Positions 57,295 to 64,000 of a stretch of DNA of 64,000 nt are shown here, in pieces. Below the pieces are notes generated by a model that searched no databases, had not been told where the DNA came from, and saw nothing but the letters and a program-made list of their open reading frames with translations. Numbering within the stretch: the stretch's first letter is position 1; each line of letters starts with the position of its first letter. The stretch is taken from the IMG/VR virus record IMGVR_UViG_3300010340_001122; one strand, written 5' to 3'. The stretch is from a virus. Taxonomy: Duplodnaviria > Caudoviricetes. A program made the position numbers and the translations under genes.

Positions 57295-57777
57295 TTACTT
57301 TTTTATAGGTGTTTTTCTTGTAGTCGTTTTAGCAGAAGGCTTTTTTTCTTTTCTTTCTTTTGCTAAAGCTGCAGATTTTTTTCTTATTTCAGCCTTTTTT
57401 GCCAATTCTGGTGCTGCTTTTTCTTTACTATCTTTTTCAAGTTGATCTTTTATTTTATCAACTTCTTCTTTAGTTAAATCCATATAATAATATGGATAGC
57501 TTCTACCAGATTTAAAATCTTTAACACTAATATATTTAAAAGTTTTCTTTAACTCTTTATCGTTTTGATAAGCATGTATAGCATCAGTAGCGTTCTGACT
57601 AGACATATCATTATTTTTAAAATATTGAATTATACCAGACGCTGAATATATACTTTTTTGTGATTTATCTGATACTTTAACAGATGGTTTTTCAGAAAGA
57701 AGTTTTCCTAAAGTGTCTATTATATCTTTTTTGTCTTTTCTAGCTTCATTAATGAAGTCTGTGAATTTTAAAATCAT
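57295..57777 (-). CDS. Hypothetical protein with N-terminal tag and basic tail
   Basis: MILKFTDFINE; K/A-rich C-terminus. Confidence 0.7.
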   Translation of the reverse strand: MILKFTDFINEARKDKKDIIDTLGKLLSEKPSVKVSDKSQKSIYSASGIIQYFKNNDMSSQNATDAIHAYQNDKELKKTFKYISVKDFKSGRSYPYYYMDLTKEEVDKIKDQLEKDSKEKAAPELAKKAEIRKKSAALAKERKEKKPSAKTTTRKTPIKK

Positions 57778-57823
57778 ATCTAGTATTTTAATTTATTTTA
57801 TATATAAAATACCAAATATGATT

Positions 57824-58177
57824 TTAATTAATTATATCAGATTTTTCAGGTATTTTATTTGGTATCAAATTACCACTAATTCTCTCCTTCCAAGTTAATT
57901 TTCTTGGTTTGGATATTTGGTCCATATCATTCTGAATATTTGCCTTTTCAGTTTGTGTTAGTATTAACTCTTTTTTAATACTCTCTATTGAACTATTCAA
58001 TATTCTGTTCTCTGATTCACTATTTGTCTTATATAATTGAAAATTACCATAAAGAATTTTATAAAAAAGTCTAAATTTAAATATTAAATATTTATAATCC
58101 TCTGGTCTATGATTTTCATTTATATCTGAAGTCATTAAATACTCCAATATTTCATCATCTTTTAGTTCTGATATCAT
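57824..58177 (-). CDS. Hypothetical coiled-coil protein
   Basis: 117 aa; RKLTWKERISG. Confidence 0.65.
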   Translation of the reverse strand: MISELKDDEILEYLMTSDINENHRPEDYKYLIFKFRLFYKILYGNFQLYKTNSESENRILNSSIESIKKELILTQTEKANIQNDMDQISKPRKLTWKERISGNLIPNKIPEKSDIIN

Positions 58178-58185
58178 AATAATAT

Positions 58186-59244
58186 TTATTTTAAACCTAA
58201 ATCGTCCTTTGAAGATTTTTTCTTTTTAGATCTCATAACATCTAAAAGTTTAGACTCACTTTTATGCTTTTTATTTATACCAATTGATTTACTCAATTCA
58301 GTTGCCATATCAGGAGGTATCATATCAAATTCTATAACATCTATTAAATTATTACAATCTAATAGATTCTCATCCAATTCTTCCTCATATACATTAAATA
58401 CTAATAAAAAATGAACATTTAAATGATCTGAGATAAAACCATCAACCAATTGTAAAATATTATTAGTGAAATAACTCATTTTACCATAAGCAGGATTATA
58501 AAGAAATTCACAATCATCTATAATTATAAGAGTTTTATCAAATTTTGATAAAACATTTTTAAAATCCGGACTATTAATTGTTTGATCTATCATATTAGTT
58601 GGAATAAAAATAGACATTCTATCTACTTTAGAAGCAACATATTTACAAATATTTGTTTTACCCAATCCTCTATCACCAGTAAATATACTTAATCCTTTAT
58701 TTTCTTTTTTAATAGTTTTTATTAATTTTTCAACATTTTTAATAACCATATCCGAATACATATTCTCAATAACTATATCTTCTTCAATGAATAATGGCTC
58801 TAAATCTATTGTATTATTAGTAATAGAGATTGTATTTGTTTTATTAATATTTAAATTATCATAATCAACAATACATTCAGTTATTTGAGCGATTAATTTT
58901 TCTATATCTTCCAGTTGATTTGTATTTTTATAGTAAAAACAAACCTCATTTACAATGAAATCTTCGGATTGTTTATTAATAATTACATATGATAACCAAA
59001 TATTTTCACTAATTTGTAAAAGCACTTTTTCATTTATGATATAATTATCATCACTTGGAATATATTCTGTTAAAAAGTTTTTTTCTAAATTTTCAGAAGA
59101 AGAAAAGTTATCAACTATATCATTAAATTCTTTCCCAGAGAACCTATCATGTAGGAGAACTCTACTGGGCCTTGATTTCATTGATTCAAAGATAATTAAA
59201 AAATCATTTATTCCAGGATCCTCTTGATTTATGTTTATATTCAT
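58186..59244 (-). CDS. AAA-family ATPase-like protein
   Basis: GDRGLGKT Walker A, IIIDDCE Walker B, ILQLVDG. Confidence 0.75.
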   Translation of the reverse strand: MNININQEDPGINDFLIIFESMKSRPSRVLLHDRFSGKEFNDIVDNFSSSENLEKNFLTEYIPSDDNYIINEKVLLQISENIWLSYVIINKQSEDFIVNEVCFYYKNTNQLEDIEKLIAQITECIVDYDNLNINKTNTISITNNTIDLEPLFIEEDIVIENMYSDMVIKNVEKLIKTIKKENKGLSIFTGDRGLGKTNICKYVASKVDRMSIFIPTNMIDQTINSPDFKNVLSKFDKTLIIIDDCEFLYNPAYGKMSYFTNNILQLVDGFISDHLNVHFLLVFNVYEEELDENLLDCNNLIDVIEFDMIPPDMATELSKSIGINKKHKSESKLLDVMRSKKKKSSKDDLGLK

Positions 59245-59489
59245 GTCATTTTTATTAATTTTTTATTAATATATAATAAAACATCAAATTTTTAGATGCT
59301 ATTAGAAAAAGATACAAATATAAAATCGATTTTATTAATTAATGACTATTTGAGTATTTGTAAGTTACAAAATCCAAATTGTTATAAAACTAAACTTGTC
59401 AGATTATATCTGACACATAGGTTAAACTCAATTAATAATTTAAAACCTAGTAAACCTAATTTTATATCTTATATTTTTACTTTATTATT

Positions 59490-59708
59490 TTAAATAATGG
59501 GACCACTACTCAAGTCTATCTGAGGACCTTGTGTAATTGGATTAATTTGTGGCAAATTATCAAAAAGTCCTTTTTGTTTTTCTTGTTCTATAAGACTCAT
59601 TATCATTTCTCTTTGATACTTTTCCTGTTTTTTCTTATCCTGTGATATTTTTTGTTTTCTCGCTTGAGATTTTTTCTTATGATCTTTTCTTTGTTTTGAT
59701 TTTGGCAT
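59490..59708 (-). CDS. Small basic protein
   Basis: MPKSKQRKDHKKK. Confidence 0.6.
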   Translation of the reverse strand: MPKSKQRKDHKKKSQARKQKISQDKKKQEKYQREMIMSLIEQEKQKGLFDNLPQINPITQGPQIDLSSGPII

Positions 59709-59745
59709 ATCTTTAAAATTTAATATTTTAATTTATAGTATTTTT

Positions 59746-62700
59746 CTATTCAAGTGTTTCAAAATTTAAAAAATCAAAATCTAATCCTTTATTTTGTTCT
59801 ATTAATTTTTGAACCGATTCTCGATCTAAATCTTTTCTAACACTACCATCTGGTAATTTTACCTCATATATAAAATCATATGATGATCCTGTTGTCTCAT
59901 CTGATTTAGCCACACTTAACTCAGAATCTTTAAATAATCCACTAACCAAATCTCTTAGATCTCTCATATCAACATTTTCTGGTATTTTTTTACATAATTT
60001 AATCAAAGGTGGTGGGATTACAGCAGTTATACCCATTATAGACCAAATTAACATAATAAATGAATTTATTATTTTCTCTATAAAACAAAGAAATACGTTA
60101 AATATTCTAAAAGGTCTTAAACACAAATCTCGATACTGCTTTGCTGTATAGACTGGTAATTTAGCTTCAAATCCCACACTCAAAAACTCATTCAAATCAG
60201 CTATCACATAATCATCAGGTATTAGATACCTGCTAACATTTGGAACACTTCCGAAAAGTGGATTAGGCACATTAACTGCAGTGCACCATTCCATTAGTTT
60301 TTCTGGCTTAAATTTTATACCAGCTAATTCTAATATTCCTTTTGGTGTGAAAAATTGCATAATCCATTTAAATGATAAAAACTCAGCAATCAAACCTGGA
60401 AATTTTATCGGATTAACTAATTTTTTAAAAAAATCTACTAACCATTTAATTATACTAAAAACCACTTTTAATGGTAATGTTACTATACCTAATATTAGCT
60501 TAAATAAAGGTTGTGAAACTATATTTATTTTCGATTTTAATGCTTTTATTTTATCTAATAATAATTTTTTTAATGAATCTTTTGAATTATCATTTTTATC
60601 AATCATATCATATGCTTGTTGATATTTATCAGAAGCCAATTGTAAACTATCCAAAGGATTAGATGCTGTTCCTGAGAAGTCTATTTCAGATGTTTTATTA
60701 ATTAATTCGTCAGCTTCTCTAATGGTTTGTTCTATTTTCTGTGTTATATAAATATATTTATAATCAACTCCTTTAATAAATTTACCTGTTGAATATGTTG
60801 TTGTAACTTCTTCATAATATTCAACTTCTCCGTTTTTTGAAACTATTTTGTTCTTAATCGATTCATCTGGTTTAGTTAGGTCTATATTCTTTATTAATTT
60901 ATCATCTTTTTGATTTTGATCATTATTTTTATTTATTTCAAATTCATTAAAAAATTTATCAATATTCATATTAGTTGGTGAGTTAGAAAATATTGGCTTT
61001 ATAGGAACTCCACCATTAAATGCGTTAGTTATATTTAAATCTAGTCCAAATAATATTCCAAAAAATCCTATTAATGCCGGACCATCTATTACAAATTTAA
61101 AATCAGCATCATTATCAACATATAAATAATTTCCAATTTCTGATGATTTAACAAATTTTTTCATCTCTTCTAAAATTGAATATTTATCATCAATATTGGC
61201 ATTTTTAAAATTAGTTCTGAAATTATCCACTTTACTAATTATGTCAGTTACTCTTGGACTAAAAATCATAAAATGATCTTCTAATTTTGACTGTATTATT
61301 GTTGTGACAAACGATGCCGGATTTTTAATTAAAGAAATTAATTTATTTATTGCTGGAAAAAGCTTAACCGATAAATCTATTGTTAGTTCAATCATAACTT
61401 TAGTTATACCAACCGCCGCTGGCATTCTATAAAACCCTCCCCCGCTTGCTGACGAATTTGAGGATCCAACATTCGATTTATTTTCATCCTCTTCATTTTT
61501 TGATTTTTTATAGCCCTCGATTATATAATATGGTTCTATATCCAATTCAGTCATTTGAGATCTTCTATTATATCCAATAAATTGTGGATTATCAGGTTCT
61601 ATTATAGGATTGCCTTTGTCATCTAAGATTGGACTATTTTTATTATCAAAACAGGGTCCTCCTTTCCAACCAGCACCATATCTTCCTTTTGAGTATAACT
61701 TATCACTAGTTGATAACTCTTGTAAATTTTTGTTTAAAATTGATTTAATATCATAGTCTTTTGAGTTTATTAATTTTATACCAGAACCTGACTCACTTAA
61801 TTCTATCTGAAATCTTGGCAGGTCACTAATTGATATTGATGATGTTAAAGATGGAATATAAATCTCATCTATACCCTCTTCTTGAGATGAACCTAGATTT
61901 ATACTTAGTGTATTTTGTTTAAAAAACAGAGGTAAAATATTTACGCCATCTATTGATGTTGTATTATTAACAACTAATTCAAATATGATCCATTTATTAA
62001 CAAACCCATTTATTAATTCTAATTTAATATGTCCTAAATTAGGTGTTTTTAACGTAATTAAATTAGAACTTATTGTTGATGTTTCTATTGTATAATACTT
62101 ATAGAAATAGACACCAGCATCTAACTTTTCTATTGATTTTTTTAATAAGGATGATCCAGTAGGTGTTAGAATTCCCGCTACAATTGCTGATTTTCCTAAA
62201 GAAATTGACTCATCTAGTAAAACTTTATTTATAACTTTTTTATTCCAATACTTATATGTCAATTTTTCTACTCTAAAAGAATTTGACGAATTGGATAATC
62301 TAGATATACCTGTATCAATTTTTTCTAATTTAGTAGATTCAATCCTATCATTTACTGCTTCTGATAAAAATATCAGTCCATTTTCTTTCAGTCTATTTGA
62401 TAAGTCCTCACTTAAAGAATCATAGTTATTATTAATATTATTACTATAATCTTTATCTGGATAATATCTACCTGATAATAAATAGGGGATATTTATCATT
62501 TTTTGTATTTCGGATGGTAAATTATTAGATTCAAAATAGACTTTAAAATTGAATTCCAAATTTGTTTCATATTTTTCACCCGTAGTATTATCAAAATAAA
62601 CATTCCAATTTACCAAATCATATGATTCAAGATTATTATATGTATTTAAATTATCTCCTCGACTCACATCAATTGAAAATGGTAATGAATTACCAGATTT

Positions 62701-64000
62701 TGAAAAAATTTTAATAGTAAATTTATTTTTAACAAATGTTTTAATATTTGAATTTTTTTCCAAAGCTTTGTTAGCTGATATTTTACCATCTTCTGTTGTT
62801 ATGATACCATCGTTATATTTTAATCTTAAAACTGGATCTATTTTTATAACTTTAATATCATAATCACCCTCTGGATCAATCCATACTATTTTTCCATCTA
62901 TATCAAATCTCATTGGCTTGAATATCCTTCTTAATTCGTTTGGCAATTGATCATTCGGTGCCGTTGAATTATAGGACCAATCCTTTGAATCTATACCATT
63001 ATAATATGATGATTTAAAATCAGCATATTTTATAAGGTTTCTTAATTGTTCAACTATCTTATCATTTGGCAATTTTTCACTGAATAGTTTTTCTACTTGT
63101 TGAAGTATTTCAACTCTATCCTCTGCTGATACATTATTTTTATCAAATGATTGTTTAGTTAAAAATAAATAATATTCTCTATATTCATTTATGCTTGATG
63201 TTTCAAATTCCACAAAAAAATCATCCTCTAAATATTTTAAATATTGATTTTCTTCTTTATCAAAATTTATCACATCTTTATATTTTATTTTATCCCAACC
63301 ATCACCTGGACTATCTTTTTGTTTTAAAATTTTTCCATTTTTTTTCCAAGAATATATTGGAGAATCAAGAGTTTGCCAATTAATGGTGTTTCTATAATCA
63401 ATTGATTTATCAAAAATCCATTTTTCATTTTTTATCCAAGGAGCTTTTTCAAAAATTGACTCTTTTTTTTCTAACTCTGTTCCATTATAATTGATTCCCC
63501 AATATTGAACTTTTGAATTTGGATCAATTGCTGTTCCATTTTTATTAAAAATACCTAGAACTATTCTATCTGGAGAGTAATCAATCTCTGTTGACTCTGT
63601 AGGTGTTTTAAACTCTGGTAATTCTTGATCAGAGTCTATATCAATATATTTATAAATATAGTTTTCAGTTGGTTCAAATATTCCAGTTGAATAAATTGTT
63701 GATATTGTAACATATGTAAAGATTTTATTATCAAATGATTCAACTAATTTGTTATTCTCATTTAAAAATTCCTTTTTAACTTTAGTATATTTACCATTCT
63801 TATCAATTTTGAAACCATCCCCTTTTTGTAAAAGAGTAGAAAGATTATTTAATTTTTTAAAAACCTCTTCACTATTTTTATATCCCAAAGCTGGTGGTGT
63901 CCCATAAGGTCCCAAGGAACCACTAAGTGGTCCATTTCCTTTAGGTTTTCTAGATTTTATAGCAAGAGCTAAAGCGGGATTTGTGGCTGCTCCAATTAAA
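59746..64000 (-). CDS. Very large probable virion protein, 5'-partial
   Basis: More than 1400 aa; the frame stays open past 63915 to the window edge. Confidence 0.75.
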   Translation of the reverse strand, partial: LIGAATNPALALAIKSRKPKGNGPLSGSLGPYGTPPALGYKNSEEVFKKLNNLSTLLQKGDGFKIDKNGKYTKVKKEFLNENNKLVESFDNKIFTYVTISTIYSTGIFEPTENYIYKYIDIDSDQELPEFKTPTESTEIDYSPDRIVLGIFNKNGTAIDPNSKVQYWGINYNGTELEKKESIFEKAPWIKNEKWIFDKSIDYRNTINWQTLDSPIYSWKKNGKILKQKDSPGDGWDKIKYKDVINFDKEENQYLKYLEDDFFVEFETSSINEYREYYLFLTKQSFDKNNVSAEDRVEILQQVEKLFSEKLPNDKIVEQLRNLIKYADFKSSYYNGIDSKDWSYNSTAPNDQLPNELRRIFKPMRFDIDGKIVWIDPEGDYDIKVIKIDPVLRLKYNDGIITTEDGKISANKALEKNSNIKTFVKNKFTIKIFSKSGNSLPFSIDVSRGDNLNTYNNLESYDLVNWNVYFDNTTGEKYETNLEFNFKVYFESNNLPSEIQKMINIPYLLSGRYYPDKDYSNNINNNYDSLSEDLSNRLKENGLIFLSEAVNDRIESTKLEKIDTGISRLSNSSNSFRVEKLTYKYWNKKVINKVLLDESISLGKSAIVAGILTPTGSSLLKKSIEKLDAGVYFYKYYTIETSTISSNLITLKTPNLGHIKLELINGFVNKWIIFELVVNNTTSIDGVNILPLFFKQNTLSINLGSSQEEGIDEIYIPSLTSSISISDLPRFQIELSESGSGIKLINSKDYDIKSILNKNLQELSTSDKLYSKGRYGAGWKGGPCFDNKNSPILDDKGNPIIEPDNPQFIGYNRRSQMTELDIEPYYIIEGYKKSKNEEDENKSNVGSSNSSASGGGFYRMPAAVGITKVMIELTIDLSVKLFPAINKLISLIKNPASFVTTIIQSKLEDHFMIFSPRVTDIISKVDNFRTNFKNANIDDKYSILEEMKKFVKSSEIGNYLYVDNDADFKFVIDGPALIGFFGILFGLDLNITNAFNGGVPIKPIFSNSPTNMNIDKFFNEFEINKNNDQNQKDDKLIKNIDLTKPDESIKNKIVSKNGEVEYYEEVTTTYSTGKFIKGVDYKYIYITQKIEQTIREADELINKTSEIDFSGTASNPLDSLQLASDKYQQAYDMIDKNDNSKDSLKKLLLDKIKALKSKINIVSQPLFKLILGIVTLPLKVVFSIIKWLVDFFKKLVNPIKFPGLIAEFLSFKWIMQFFTPKGILELAGIKFKPEKLMEWCTAVNVPNPLFGSVPNVSRYLIPDDYVIADLNEFLSVGFEAKLPVYTAKQYRDLCLRPFRIFNVFLCFIEKIINSFIMLIWSIMGITAVIPPPLIKLCKKIPENVDMRDLRDLVSGLFKDSELSVAKSDETTGSSYDFIYEVKLPDGSVRKDLDRESVQKLIEQNKGLDFDFLNFETLE

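Overview
This very AT-rich, densely coding 64 kb window (genetic code 11) looks like part of a jumbo/huge myovirus-like phage infecting Bacteroidota. Evidence: recurrent TTTG-N18-20-TAnnTTTG host promoters, Bacteroidota-type lipoproteins, an outer-membrane barrel and an Hc1-like protein, baseplate/tail genes, and a second TAATATATA promoter-like motif. It encodes tail fibre and baseplate proteins, two peptidoglycan hydrolases, nucleotide enzymes (PurA, Gmk, NT5C), IscA, HU, SET, two DNA methyltransferases, two RNA ligases, several homing-type endonucleases and two tRNA arrays. The main find is a set of three leader-peptide attenuators missed by the ORF track. Each has a host promoter, a short leader ORF, an antiterminator and an intrinsic terminator. 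An H/K/F/W-rich leader precedes His/Phe/Trp/Lys tRNAs, an SSSSSSRSS leader precedes Ser/Arg tRNAs, and a YYIFRND leader with interlocked terminators precedes an RNA-ligase operon. My inference is a codon-matched tRNA-depletion sensing and resupply/repair system. Also seen: non-canonical long-variable-arm tRNAs, three tRNA-framed ncRNAs, a 711 bp integron-like cassette insertion that splits a gene, hairpin-silenced endonuclease genes, and shared N- and C-terminal peptide tags. All calls were made by eye; no database searches were run.
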